Origin: Steroidobacteraceae bacterium
GTDB lineage: Bacteria > Pseudomonadota > Gammaproteobacteria > Steroidobacterales > Steroidobacteraceae
NCBI GenBank assembly: GCA_036743675.1
Contig: DAINPA010000002.1
Span: 1 to 55,589, forward strand
Direction of reading: 5' to 3'
DNA length: 55,589 bases
A model generated the notes under the pieces. That model was not told the origin of the DNA. It saw only the letters and a list, made by a program, of their open reading frames with translations, and ran no database searches. The first letter of the stretch is position 1. Each line of letters opens with the position of its first letter. The position numbers and the translations under genes were made by a program. Positions 17,778 through 27,303 of this stretch are shown here, piece by piece.

Positions 17778-18518
17778 ATGCGTATTGCAGTGGTGACTTT
17801 GTTTCCGCTCATGATTCGCGATGCGTTGGCGCATGGCGTAGTGGGGCGGGCGCTCGAGCGGGGAGTGGCGCAGGTCGAATGTTTCGATCCGCGCAATTAC
17901 ACCACCGACCTGCACCGTACGGTGGACGATCGTCCGTACGGCGGCGGACCGGGCATGGTGCTCAAGGTCGAGCCGTTGCGGGCCGCGTTGCGGGCCGCGC
18001 AGGCGGGACTCCCGGCGGGAAGCCGGCGCGTATATTTGGGCGCGGACGGATCGAAGTTCGAGCACAGCAGGGCGCAAGAGGCCCGCGATTGGCCGGGCTT
18101 GATCCTGGTGGCGGGCCGCTACGAGGGTGTCGACGAGCGGTTCATCGAGCTGGAGATCGACGAGCAGTGGTCGATCGGCGATTATGTGCTGACGGGGGGC
18201 GAACTGCCCGCGCTGGTGGTCATCGACGCGATCGTGCGGTTGCTGCCCGGAGCGCTCGGCAGTGCGGAGTCGGCGGTGCAGGAATCGTTCGCCGGCGGGC
18301 TGGTGGATTGGCCGCATTATACGCGGCCCGCCTCGTTGGAAGGTCATGCGGTGCCCGAGGTGTTGGCATCCGGCGATCATGAGGCGATCCGGCGCTGGCG
18401 CTTGCAGCAGGCGCTGGGCAGGACCTGGCTGCGCCGGCCGGAGCTGCTCGAGCGGCGCGGTATGAACATTGAGGAGCGGGCGCTCTTGGAAGAATTCAAG
18501 TGCGCGCGCGAAAAGTAA
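17778..18518 (+). CDS. trmD: tRNA (guanine37-N1)-methyltransferase TrmD
   Basis: [12 protein letters not shown]..., [37 protein letters not shown] motifs. Confidence 0.97.
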   Translation: MRIAVVTLFPLMIRDALAHGVVGRALERGVAQVECFDPRNYTTDLHRTVDDRPYGGGPGMVLKVEPLRAALRAAQAGLPAGSRRVYLGADGSKFEHSRAQEARDWPGLILVAGRYEGVDERFIELEIDEQWSIGDYVLTGGELPALVVIDAIVRLLPGALGSAESAVQESFAGGLVDWPHYTRPASLEGHAVPEVLASGDHEAIRRWRLQQALGRTWLRRPELLERRGMNIEERALLEEFKCAREK

Positions 18519-18570
18519 GAAAGCAAAGGGTTCCGGTCACAAGACGGTTGTTACGGTGAGGTCGATAGCT

Positions 18571-18915
18571 ATGAACAAGATCATTCAAGAATTGAACAGC
18601 GAGCGCGCGACGCGCCAGCTTCCGGACTTCAACCCCGGCGATACGGTGGTGGTGCAGGTCAAAGTGACCGAAGGCGATCGTGAACGCGTTCAGGCCTACG
18701 AAGGCGTGGTGATCGCCAAGAAGAATCGAGGCCTCAATTCCTCCTTCACGGTACGCAAGATTTCGCACGGCGAGGGCGTGGAACGCGTGTTCCAGACCTT
18801 CAGCCCCTCGATCAGCGAGGTCAGCGTCAAGCGCCGCGGCGCGGTGCGGCGCGCAAAGCTGTATTACCTGCGCGACTTGTCCGGCAAGGCGGCGCGGATC
18901 GACGAAAAGATCTGA
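18571..18915 (+). CDS. rplS: 50S ribosomal protein L19
   Basis: Conserved start [11 protein letters not shown] at ATG 18571 (the ORF-track start 18469 overlaps trmD). [46 protein letters not shown]. Confidence 0.97.
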   Translation: MNKIIQELNSERATRQLPDFNPGDTVVVQVKVTEGDRERVQAYEGVVIAKKNRGLNSSFTVRKISHGEGVERVFQTFSPSISEVSVKRRGAVRRAKLYYLRDLSGKAARIDEKI

Positions 18916-18971
18916 CGCTCGGCGCTATTTTGCGCGCCGGCCGACATGTTGGACATGTTGAGAAGCATTGA

Positions 18972-20849
18972 ATGGCTGTCGGGGCGGCTCTGATGGGGTT
19001 TTTCGGACTCGTTTGGCGAATTCTGGAGGGCGTCCGCAAGACCCTTCACCTCATCCTGTTGCTGGTCATTTTCGGCTTCATCCTCGCCGCATTGCATACC
19101 TCGATTCCGCTCGTGCCGCGCAGCTCGGCACTGGTGATAGCGCCCGAGGGCGAACTGGTCGAGCAGTTGTCGAGCGATCCGGTGCGCCGCGCGATTGGCC
19201 ATGCCTCCGGGGGGCCGGCTCCGGAAACCCTGCTCAAGGACGTGATCGATGCGATCGAGTCGGCCAAGAACGATTCGCGCATCAAGTTGATCGTGTTGGA
19301 TCTCGGCAATCTGGATGTCTCGGGACTGTCGAAGCTGCAGGAGATCGGCGCTTCGTTACGCGATTTTCGCTCCGCCGGCAAGCGTGTGGTGGTGGGCGCC
19401 GATTCCCTCGACCAGGGGCAATATTATCTCGCCGCTCAGGCCGGTGAGGTATACCTCGACCCGCTGGGGTTCGTCTACATCGACGGCTTCAGCTACTACC
19501 GCATGTTCCTGAAGGACGCGATCGAGAAGCTCGGCGTCGACGTCAACATCTTCAAGGCGGGCACCTTCAAGAGCTTCACCGATCAGTTCTCGCGCAGCGA
19601 TATGGCGCCGAGCGAGCGGGAGGAAAGCTCCGCGTGGCTCGCGGCGCTGTGGAATGCCTACACTCAAGACGTCACTCGGGCGCGCTCCCTGCCCGCCAAC
19701 GCCTTGAGCGAGTACGTCTCGGAAGCGCCCGCGGCGCTCGCAGCCGTCAACGGCGATGCCGCGAAGCTGGCGCTGCAGCGCGGTCTGGTGACCGCATTGA
19801 AGAGCCGTCGACAGCTCGCCGATGAATTGAAAAATCTGGTGGGCGAGGATCAAGACACTCATTCCTTCAACTCCATTGGAATGAATCAGTATCTGGCGGC
19901 AATCCGCGCCAAGCGCGTGCTCAAATCCAAATCCGACGCGAAGGTCGGCGTGGTGGTCGCCTCCGGGGAGATTCTGGACGGCCGCCAACCGCCGGGCAGG
20001 ATCGGGGGCGAAAGCACCGGCGACCTGTTGCGCCAGGCGCGCTATGACCGCACCGTCAAGGCGGTGGTGCTGCGCGTCGACAGCCCGGGCGGCAGCATGT
20101 TCGCCTCGGAACAAATACTTCGCGAGGTACAGGCGCTGCGCAAGGCCGGCAAACCCGTGGTGGTATCGATGAGCACTTACGCGGCATCGGGCGGATACTA
20201 TATTTCCGCGGCCGCCAATCAAATATTCGCGAGCCCCACCACCTTGACGGGTTCCATCGGCGTGTTCGCGGTGGTGCCGACCTTCCAGCGCACGTTGGAG
20301 AAATTCGGCGTCAAGGTCGACGGCCTCGGCACCACCCCGATGGCGGGGGAGTTGCGCCTGGATCGCGCCTTGGATGCCCGGGCGCGCCAGATCCTGCAAA
20401 GTTCGGTCGATCACGCCTACGCCGAATTCCTGCGCCGCGTCGGCGAAGGGCGCAAGAAAAGCGTGGAGGATGTGGACAAGGTCGCGCAAGGCCGCGTCTG
20501 GGCAGGCGTCGATGGGCAACGCATCGGTCTGGTGGACCATCTCGGCGGGCTCAAGGATGCAACCGACGCTGCGGCAAAGCTTGCCGAACTCGGCGCGGAC
20601 TACGATGTCGAGTACATCGAGTCGGAGCTTTCGCTGCGCGAACAGCTCATGATGCAGTTGCGCGCCGAAGCGCTGCGACTCGGCTCGATGGCCGGCCTCG
20701 CTGCGCCGCGCAGCGACATCGAGCAGGTGCTCGATCCTCTGCTCGAGCAGGCGCGCGCCATCGCGCGGCTGAACGATCCCCGCGGGCTTTACGCCTATTG
20801 CTGGTGCAAGGAGCCGCCCGGCACGCGTCGGGCGCTCGCTCCGCGCTAG
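18972..20849 (+). CDS. sppA: Signal peptide peptidase SppA, 67K (two-domain) type
   Basis: 625 aa. N-terminal TM helix and two ClpP/crotonase-like S49 domains (VLRVDSPGGSMFASE..., AASGGYYIS). The stop TAG overlaps the convergent speB-like stop in the palindrome CTAG (20846-20849). Confidence 0.9.
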   Translation: MAVGAALMGFFGLVWRILEGVRKTLHLILLLVIFGFILAALHTSIPLVPRSSALVIAPEGELVEQLSSDPVRRAIGHASGGPAPETLLKDVIDAIESAKNDSRIKLIVLDLGNLDVSGLSKLQEIGASLRDFRSAGKRVVVGADSLDQGQYYLAAQAGEVYLDPLGFVYIDGFSYYRMFLKDAIEKLGVDVNIFKAGTFKSFTDQFSRSDMAPSEREESSAWLAALWNAYTQDVTRARSLPANALSEYVSEAPAALAAVNGDAAKLALQRGLVTALKSRRQLADELKNLVGEDQDTHSFNSIGMNQYLAAIRAKRVLKSKSDAKVGVVVASGEILDGRQPPGRIGGESTGDLLRQARYDRTVKAVVLRVDSPGGSMFASEQILREVQALRKAGKPVVVSMSTYAASGGYYISAAANQIFASPTTLTGSIGVFAVVPTFQRTLEKFGVKVDGLGTTPMAGELRLDRALDARARQILQSSVDHAYAEFLRRVGEGRKKSVEDVDKVAQGRVWAGVDGQRIGLVDHLGGLKDATDAAAKLAELGADYDVEYIESELSLREQLMMQLRAEALRLGSMAGLAAPRSDIEQVLDPLLEQARAIARLNDPRGLYAYCWCKEPPGTRRALAPR

Positions 20850-21799
20850 ATCGGCGCGCGGCGCGGCGCCATGCGGCCGCACATATAAGTCCACACCAGC
20901 GTCGCGGCCGCGTTGCTGCTCAATTCGGCGTGATCGTACGGCGGCGCGACCTCGCACAGGTCCATCCCGATCCAGCCGAGATCGTGCAGCTCCTCCAGCA
21001 GCGTCATCACCTGGGCCGTAGCGAGGCCGCCCGGCTCGGGCGTGCCGGTTCCGGGTGCATAGGCCGGATCCAGACAATCGATATCGAGCGAAAGATAGAC
21101 CGGCGCGTCGGCCACGGAGGCGAGGCGTGCGCGCACCTCGGTGCAGATCTCGCGCAGCTCGGCCGGGCTCGTGCGCCCGCGCAGGTCGCGACCGGTGTAA
21201 ATCAATCCGCCCTGCGTGCGCACGTAGCCGCCGACCTCGGGATGCGCCGAGGAGCGAATGCCAAACTGCACCGTGAGCCGCGGATCCACCAAGCCTTCGA
21301 GAATCGCTTCGCGAACCCAAGTGCCGTGCCCCGACGGTTCGCCGGCGTGATCCGGCCAGGTGTCGCAGTGCGCATCGAAATGCACTAACGCAATCGCTCG
21401 ACCGTAGCGCGCACGGTATGCGCGCAGCAGGGGCAAGGTGATCGAGTGATCGCCGCCCAGCCACACCATGTGATGCCGCGCGATCAGCTCGGTGGCCTGC
21501 GGTTCGAGCGCCGCGCGCATGGCGGACAACGAGGTGTTGGGCAGGGCGAGATCGCCGATATCGGCAATCGCATCGACCGGCGAGACCTGGAACAGCGGAT
21601 GCCACCCGTCGCACAGCATGTGGCTGGCGCGGCGGATGGCGAACGGTCCGAAGCGGCTACCGGGGCGATTGGTGGTCGAACCGTCCCACGCGATCCCGGC
21701 CACCACGACTTGCGCGTTGGGACGGCCGGCGAGCGGCGGTGCGTTCAAAAAGCCCGGATGGGTGGTGGAAGTCAAATACGCGAATTGATGATCGGCCAT
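20846..21799 (-). CDS. Agmatinase/ureohydrolase family protein (SpeB-like; exact guanidino substrate unknown)
   Basis: Arginase-fold metal motifs: LGGDHSITLPLL, VHFDAHCDTW, SLDIDCLDPAYAPGTGTPEPGG. 317 aa. Confidence 0.85.
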   Translation of the reverse strand: MADHQFAYLTSTTHPGFLNAPPLAGRPNAQVVVAGIAWDGSTTNRPGSRFGPFAIRRASHMLCDGWHPLFQVSPVDAIADIGDLALPNTSLSAMRAALEPQATELIARHHMVWLGGDHSITLPLLRAYRARYGRAIALVHFDAHCDTWPDHAGEPSGHGTWVREAILEGLVDPRLTVQFGIRSSAHPEVGGYVRTQGGLIYTGRDLRGRTSPAELREICTEVRARLASVADAPVYLSLDIDCLDPAYAPGTGTPEPGGLATAQVMTLLEELHDLGWIGMDLCEVAPPYDHAELSSNAAATLVWTYMCGRMAPRRAPI

Positions 21800-21889
21800 G
21801 GGATCCGCCAGTTGAGGATGTGCCGGCGATATTATCGCCCAAATTTTCCGAGCCGGGCGCTGCTGCGGTCGAATGCGCAGAGCGTGCCT

Positions 21890-22921
21890 TTAGAGCGCCG
21901 ACCAGTCGAGGATGATCTTGCCGGATTTTCCCGAATTCATGATCTCGAAGCCTTTCAGGTAATCGTTCACGCCCAGGCGATGAGTGATGACGGGCCGCAC
22001 GTTCAGGCCGCTTTGCAGCATGGCCGCCATCTTGTACCAGGTTTCGAACATCTCCCGCCCGTAGATGCCCTTGAGCACCAGGCCTTTGAAAATCACCAGA
22101 TTCCAATCGATGGCGGTTTCGCCGGGCGGAATGCCGAGCATCGATATGCTGCCGCCGTGATTCATGGTGCGCAGCATCTCGCGCAGCGCCGCGGGGTTGC
22201 CCGACATTTCGAACCCCACGTCGAAGCCTTCTTCCATGCCCAGCTCGCGCATCGCGTCGTCGAGAGACTCGCGCGCCACGTTGAGCGTGCGCGACGCGCC
22301 CATTGTCGCGGCAAGATCCAGCCGATAATCGTTCACGTCGGTGATGACGACGTGGCGCGCTCCGCAATGGCGCGCAATGGCCACCGCCATGATGCCGATC
22401 GGACCCGCGCCGGTGATCAACACGTCCTCGCCGACGACATTGAATGCGAGCGCGGTGTGGGTGGCGTTGCCGAACGGGTCGAGGATGGAGGCTATCTCAT
22501 CGTCGATGGCGGGGGACAGCTTGAAGACGTTGGCGGCGGGGATCGTCAAATACTGAGCGAAAGCGCCCGCCCGATTCACTCCGACTCCCAGGGTGTTGCG
22601 GCACAGGTGACGGCGCCCGGCGCGGCAGTTGCGGCAATGTCCGCAGGTGATGTGCCCTTCGCCGGAGACCCGATCGCCGATCTTGAAGCCGCGCACCTCG
22701 CTGCCCATTTCGACGATCTCGCCCGAATACTCGTGACCGACGGCCATGTTCACCGGCACCGTCTTCTGCGCCCAGGCGTCCCAATTGAAGATATGCATGT
22801 CGGTGCCGCAAATGGCCGAGCGGTGCACCTTGATCAGGACGTCATTGTGCCCCACGGAAGGCTCCGCAACGTCCTGCATCCAGATTCCCGGTTCGGCACG
22901 AGCTTTAACCAACGCCTTCAT
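21890..22921 (-). CDS. tdh: L-threonine 3-dehydrogenase
   Basis: [18 protein letters not shown]... closely parallels the E. coli Tdh N-terminus. Zn-ADH motifs [10 protein letters not shown] and [10 protein letters not shown]. Adjacent to kbl. Confidence 0.95.
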   Translation of the reverse strand: MKALVKARAEPGIWMQDVAEPSVGHNDVLIKVHRSAICGTDMHIFNWDAWAQKTVPVNMAVGHEYSGEIVEMGSEVRGFKIGDRVSGEGHITCGHCRNCRAGRRHLCRNTLGVGVNRAGAFAQYLTIPAANVFKLSPAIDDEIASILDPFGNATHTALAFNVVGEDVLITGAGPIGIMAVAIARHCGARHVVITDVNDYRLDLAATMGASRTLNVARESLDDAMRELGMEEGFDVGFEMSGNPAALREMLRTMNHGGSISMLGIPPGETAIDWNLVIFKGLVLKGIYGREMFETWYKMAAMLQSGLNVRPVITHRLGVNDYLKGFEIMNSGKSGKIILDWSAL

Positions 22922-22930
22922 GGCCTGCCC

Positions 22931-24121
22931 TCAATGAATGATGCCGAGCTCGCGACCGGCGCGCGCGAATGCCTCGATCACCCGGTCGAGCTGCCCCTGG
23001 GAATGCGCGGCGCTCATCTGGGTGCGAATCCGCGCCTTTCCGTGTGGCACGACCGGAAAGGCGAACGCGACGACGTAGATTCCCTCGTCCTGCATGAGCT
23101 TGGCCAGACGCACCGCGAGCGGCGCGTCGCCGAGCATGACGGGAACGATGGGATGTTCCCCGGGAAGCAGCTCGAAGCCCAGGGCGAGCATCCGCTCGCG
23201 GAAATACCGCGCATTCGAATGCAGGCGCTCGCGCAATTCGGGCGAGCCTTCCAGCAAATCGAGCACCCGCAGGGTCGTCGCCGCGACCGGGGGCGCGATG
23301 CTGTTCGAAAACAGATAAGGCCTGGAGCGCTGGCGCAGCCAACCGACTATTTCGTTGCGTGCGGCCACAAAGCCGCCGCTTGCGCCGCCCAGCGCCTTAC
23401 CCAAGGTGCCGCTCATGATGTCGACCCGGTCCATGACGCCGCGCAGCTCGTGCGAGCCGCGGCCGCGCGCGCCGATGAACCCCGTGGCGTGCGAGTCGTC
23501 CACCATGACCAGCGCGCCGTAGCGCTCGGCCAAGTTGCAAATCTCCTCGAGCTTGGCTATCGAGCCGTCCATGGAAAAAACGCCGTCCGTCGCGACCAGA
23601 CGCACCCGGGCGTCCTGAGAGTCATTCAAAGCCTGCTCAAGCTCGTTCATATCGTTGTTCGCGTAGCGCAGCCGCCTCGCTTTGCACAGGCGTATGCCGT
23701 CGATGATGCTGGCGTGATTCAGCGCGTCGCTGATGACCGCATCTTCGGCATCGAGCAATGTCTCGAACAGACCGCCGTTCGCGTCGAAACAGGAGGAATA
23801 CAGAATCGTATCTTCCATCTCGAGGTAGGCGCTCAGACGCTCCTCCAGCTCGCGGTGCACGCTCTGAGTGCCGCAAATGAAGCGCACCGATGCCACGCCG
23901 TAGCCGAATCGGGACAGCGCATCGTGGGCCGCCTGCAGCACGGCCGGATGGTTCGCGAGACCCAGGTAGTTATTGGCGCACAGATTGATCATCTCGCGGC
24001 CATCGGCGAGTTTCACGACCGGACCCTGAGCGGAGTCGATGACCAGCTCGCGCTTCAGAAGGCCCGCGGCGTCGAGTGCTCGAGTCTCGCGCTCGAGTCG
24101 TTCACGAAATTCCTTGAGCAC
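22931..24121 (-). CDS. kbl: Glycine C-acetyltransferase (2-amino-3-ketobutyrate CoA ligase)
   Basis: From GTG 24121 (AAGGA 4 nt upstream), the N-terminus (M)[31 protein letters not shown]...[10 protein letters not shown] aligns residue for residue with E. coli Kbl MRGEFYQQL...INFCANNYLG. The ORF-track start 24211 (TTG) is an extension. The PLP-Lys region is FSMDG. Confidence 0.93.
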   Translation of the reverse strand: MLKEFRERLERETRALDAAGLLKRELVIDSAQGPVVKLADGREMINLCANNYLGLANHPAVLQAAHDALSRFGYGVASVRFICGTQSVHRELEERLSAYLEMEDTILYSSCFDANGGLFETLLDAEDAVISDALNHASIIDGIRLCKARRLRYANNDMNELEQALNDSQDARVRLVATDGVFSMDGSIAKLEEICNLAERYGALVMVDDSHATGFIGARGRGSHELRGVMDRVDIMSGTLGKALGGASGGFVAARNEIVGWLRQRSRPYLFSNSIAPPVAATTLRVLDLLEGSPELRERLHSNARYFRERMLALGFELLPGEHPIVPVMLGDAPLAVRLAKLMQDEGIYVVAFAFPVVPHGKARIRTQMSAAHSQGQLDRVIEAFARAGRELGIIH

Positions 24122-24168
24122 TGTATCCTTGATATAATCGGTGTGGCTGCAGGCCAACAGTATAGCGC

Positions 24169-24206
24169 CGTCGCGGCCGCGACGATTACTCAGGCAGGCT
24201 CCTGAG
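24169..24206 (-). terminator. Two adjacent GC-rich hairpins in the sixA-kbl spacer (possible terminator or processing site)
   Basis: The 16-nt palindrome CGTCGCGGCCGCGACG (24169-24184) and CTCAGG-N6-CCTGAG (24189-24206) lie just after the sixA stop. No clear U-tract. Confidence 0.3.
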
Positions 24207-24214
24207 CGCAACCC

Positions 24215-24730
24215 TCAATTCCACGGATCCGCTTCGCTGTCGGGGTCATCCATATTGCAGCTGTGGGCGGTCTCCGGCTTCAAGGTGTGCCAATGGGCGT
24301 TGTGCCAAACGGCCGTGGCGAACCCCGCGGTGGGCAGGCTGCGCCGCTGCGGCTTCGGGCCCAAGCGGCTCGCCGTGTGGCTCAAGCCCGGATTGTGACC
24401 GCAGATGAGGATGTGGCCGATGCCCGCGTCTTGCCGCGCGAGCAGGCGCCAAGTCGCTTCGGGAGTCGCGAGGTAGAGTTCACGCGCACAACGCACCTGC
24501 GAGAGATCGAGATCGCACGCGTCGGCGACGATCTCGGCGGTGCTCCATGCGCGCTCGGCCGGGCTCACCAGGATCAAATCCGGCGCAAGGTCGCGTGCGA
24601 TGATGCGTGCCGCAATTTCCTTTGCCTCGATCGTGCCCCGATGCGTCAACCCGCGCTCGAAGTCCTCGGTGCCGGCATCGATGGGCTCCGCCTGCGCGTG
24701 CCGCAGCAGCGTCAGTCTGAGCGTACCCAC
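24215..24730 (-). CDS. sixA: Phosphohistidine phosphatase SixA-like (histidine phosphatase superfamily)
   Basis: N-terminal LTLLRHAQAE (RHG-type catalytic motif). 171 aa. The GTG start overlaps the Rieske gene end by 19 nt. Confidence 0.75.
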   Translation of the reverse strand: MGTLRLTLLRHAQAEPIDAGTEDFERGLTHRGTIEAKEIAARIIARDLAPDLILVSPAERAWSTAEIVADACDLDLSQVRCARELYLATPEATWRLLARQDAGIGHILICGHNPGLSHTASRLGPKPQRRSLPTAGFATAVWHNAHWHTLKPETAHSCNMDDPDSEADPWN

Positions 24731-25032
24731 AGGTGTCCGTCATCGATTTTGGTTGCGAACACTCGAATGGGTTCGTAGGCAGGCGGAGTCAGCGCCTCTC
24801 CGGTTCGCAGACAAAATCTGGCGCCATGGCGCGGGCAAATTATCTCGGCGCCTTCAATCGTCCCGCCGGCGAGCTCGGCGCCATCATGCGTGCACAGGTC
24901 TTCCACCGCGAAATACGCCCCGCCGCTGCGCACCAGGACCACCATGTGCCGCCCCACTGCGACGCTAATGGTCTTCCCCTCTTGCAGTGCCGAAGCGGGT
25001 CCGGCATCGATCCAGGCCGTCGATTTGTTCAC
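24712..25032 (-). CDS. Rieske [2Fe-2S] ferredoxin-like protein
   Basis: CTHDGAEL...CPRHGARF Rieske ligand motifs. GTG 25032 overlaps the sufT stop (GTGA), giving about 106 aa. The longer ORF-track version (to 25182) overlaps sufT and is rejected. Confidence 0.8.
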   Translation of the reverse strand: MNKSTAWIDAGPASALQEGKTISVAVGRHMVVLVRSGGAYFAVEDLCTHDGAELAGGTIEGAEIICPRHGARFCLRTGEALTPPAYEPIRVFATKIDDGHLWVRSD

Positions 25033-25580
25033 ATCATCCCGGTTTGCAGGCGGGCCTCTTCCGACATCATGGTATGGTTCCACGGCGGATCGAAAACCAG
25101 TTCCACATCGGCGCGGGTGACGGTCGGCACCATCTGCACCTTGTCCCGCACATCCTGCACCAGGATCTCGCCCATGCCGCATCCGGGAGCCGTCAGGGTC
25201 ATCTTGATCGCGACCGTGCGGGTCGAATCCCCGTTCTTGGCGACGTCACATTCGTACACCAAACCCAGATCCACGATATTGACCGGGATCTCCGGATCAT
25301 AGCAAGTCTTGAGCTGCTGCCAAACGACGTTGCGGATGTCCTCTTCGGAGGCGCCGGGCGGCACCTCGGGCGCCTTCGCGGCGGTCTTGCCGATGGCGCC
25401 CGCATCCTGGCCGGCGATGCGGAACAGGTTTCCGTCGATGTAGACCGTGAAACTGCCGCCGAGCGCCTGCGTGATGTAGCCGACGGATCCCAACTTCAAA
25501 TTGACTTCGACGCCGGCCGGAATGGTGACCGCCTTCACGTCTCGTTGCACCACGATGGGTTCGTTTTCGTGCGAATGCAT
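25029..25580 (-). CDS. sufT: SUF system Fe-S assembly protein SufT (DUF59/PaaD-like)
   Basis: The C-terminal DUF59 core VWQQLKTCYDPEIPVNIVDLGLVY...LTAPGCGMG, with the N-terminal extension typical of SufT. Confidence 0.85.
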   Translation of the reverse strand: MHSHENEPIVVQRDVKAVTIPAGVEVNLKLGSVGYITQALGGSFTVYIDGNLFRIAGQDAGAIGKTAAKAPEVPPGASEEDIRNVVWQQLKTCYDPEIPVNIVDLGLVYECDVAKNGDSTRTVAIKMTLTAPGCGMGEILVQDVRDKVQMVPTVTRADVELVFDPPWNHTMMSEEARLQTGMM

Positions 25581-25591
25581 GGCTTAAAATC

Positions 25592-26044
25592 TCATTCGGT
25601 CGACACCGCCGGCAAAGCCCCCGCGGCGGTCGAGTGCAGGGCGGAGGCGAGGGTGTGCCAGCACAGACTCGCGCATTTGACCCGCGCCGGAAATTCGCGA
25701 ATCCCGGACAGTGCGGCGAGCTTTCCGAGATCATCGGGGCAGGCCGCTTCGTCGGTGAGCAGACGGTGCACGCGATCGAAGAGCGCGAGCGCCTGGCTCC
25801 GCGTCAAGCCCTTGACCGCTTCGGTCATCAGCGAAGCGGAAGCGGTCGAAATCGCGCAGCCCTGGCCATCGAAGCGGATGTCCGCAATCTTGCCGTCGGC
25901 CATCCTGAGCCTGAGCGTCAGGCGGTCGCCGCACAGCGGGTTGAATCCCTCGACGCTGACGTCGGCCGGCTCCAGCGGACCGAAATTGCGGGGCCGTCGA
26001 TTGTGGTCGAGGATGACGTCGCGGTATAGATCTTTGATGTCCAT
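25592..26044 (-). CDS. sufU: SUF-type sulfur acceptor/scaffold SufU (NifU/IscU-like, Zn-type)
   Basis: LYRDVILDHNRRPRNFG, NPLCGDRLTL, GQGCAISTASASLM, CASLCW motifs. Confidence 0.9.
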   Translation of the reverse strand: MDIKDLYRDVILDHNRRPRNFGPLEPADVSVEGFNPLCGDRLTLRLRMADGKIADIRFDGQGCAISTASASLMTEAVKGLTRSQALALFDRVHRLLTDEAACPDDLGKLAALSGIREFPARVKCASLCWHTLASALHSTAAGALPAVSTE

Positions 26045-26052
26045 GATCGGTA

Positions 26053-27303
26053 TCAGGTGAATATCGCGCGGGCGCGTGCGATCGCCGCCGCGAGCCGGTC
26101 AATTTCCTCGAACGTGTTGTAGAAGGCGAACGAAGCGCGTGCGGTTGCCGGCACCTTGAAGAAATCCATGACGGGCATGGCGCAATGATGACCGGTGCGA
26201 ATCGCGATGCCGTCCTGGTCGAGAATGGTGCCAAGATCGTGCGGGTGCGCGCCGGCGACCACGAAGGAAATCAAGCTCGCCTTGGCGCTCGCGGTGCCGA
26301 TGATGCGCAGGTGCTCGAGACCGCTCAGGGTGCGTGTCGCGTGCTCGAGCAGCGCGTGCTCGTGAGCGTGGGCCGCCTGAAGATCGAGGCTGCGCAAAAA
26401 TTCGACCGCGGCACCAAGTCCGATGGCGCCCGAAATGTTGGGTGTTCCGGCCTCGAATTTATAGGGCAGGGCGTTGTAGGTGGTTTTTTCAAAGCTCACC
26501 GTGAGAATCATGTCGCCGCCGCCCTGCCAGGGCGGCATGCGCTCGAGCAGCGCTTCGCGGCCGTAAAGCACGCCAATGCCGGTCGGCGCGAACATCTTGT
26601 GCCCGGAAAACGCGTAAAAATCGCAGCCGAGCTCCTGCACATCGACCGCCGTGTGCGCCACCGCCTGCGCGCCGTCGATCAGCGTGACGATTCCGCGCGC
26701 CTTGGCCGCGGCGATCAGGCGCCGCACGGGAAGCACCGTGCCGAGCGCGTTGGATACATGCGCACACGCGAACAAACGGGTGCGCGGACCGAGCAGCGCT
26801 TCGACGGATTCGACGTGGACCTCGCCGCTCGAATCCATGGGGACTATGCGCAACTTTGCGCCGGTTTGCTCGCAGACGATCTGCCAGGGAACGATATTGG
26901 CGTGATGCTCGAGGTGGGTGATGAGCACCTCGTCGCCGGTCTTGAGGAGGGGCCTCGCGAAACTTTGCGCGACCAGATTGATCGCCTCGGTGGTGCCGCG
27001 TACGAAAACGACCTCGTGACGCGAGCGCGCGTTGATGAACCGCACCAGGCGATCGCGCGCTCCTTCGTATAAGGCCGTCGCCTCCTGGCTCAGGGTATGC
27101 ACGCCGCGATGAATGTTCGCATGGTGATGGCGTTCGTAGTCGTCCACCGCGTCGATGACCGCATTCGGACGCTGCGCCGAGGCGCCGTTGTCCAGGTAGG
27201 CGAGCGGCTTGCCGTGCACCAAGCGCTGCAGAACCGGGAATTCCCGGCGAACGGCCTGCACATCGAAGGAGGAGCGCTGATCTCGCGCGGCCACGCTGTT
27301 CAT
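26053..27303 (-). CDS. sufS: Cysteine desulfurase SufS (class II)
   Basis: ATG 27303 overlaps the sufD stop (ATGA) and gives MNSVAARDQRSSFDVQAVRREFPVL. PLP-Lys region FSGHKM. Active-site loop RTGHHCAMP. The ORF-track extension to 27516 is rejected. Confidence 0.95.
   Translation of the reverse strand: MNSVAARDQRSSFDVQAVRREFPVLQRLVHGKPLAYLDNGASAQRPNAVIDAVDDYERHHHANIHRGVHTLSQEATALYEGARDRLVRFINARSRHEVVFVRGTTEAINLVAQSFARPLLKTGDEVLITHLEHHANIVPWQIVCEQTGAKLRIVPMDSSGEVHVESVEALLGPRTRLFACAHVSNALGTVLPVRRLIAAAKARGIVTLIDGAQAVAHTAVDVQELGCDFYAFSGHKMFAPTGIGVLYGREALLERMPPWQGGGDMILTVSFEKTTYNALPYKFEAGTPNISGAIGLGAAVEFLRSLDLQAAHAHEHALLEHATRTLSGLEHLRIIGTASAKASLISFVVAGAHPHDLGTILDQDGIAIRTGHHCAMPVMDFFKVPATARASFAFYNTFEEIDRLAAAIARARAIFT

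Noticed and set aside
21446-24205. Very long ORFs in the six-frame track that lie antisense to recognisable genes. Examples: 919 aa at 21446-24205 (+), 752 aa at 19356-21614 (-), 461 aa at 2524-3909 (-), 454 aa at 6508-7872 (-), 421 aa at 788-2053 (-) and 395 aa at 47622-48809 (+).
   Set aside because: Each lies opposite a gene with unmistakable conserved motifs (speB/tdh/kbl, sppA, korA, the RDD protein, the korC-like gene, ppsA). Their translations are Arg/Ala/Gly/Pro/His-rich low-complexity sequence with no motifs. Long stop-free antisense frames are expected in DNA of this G+C content.
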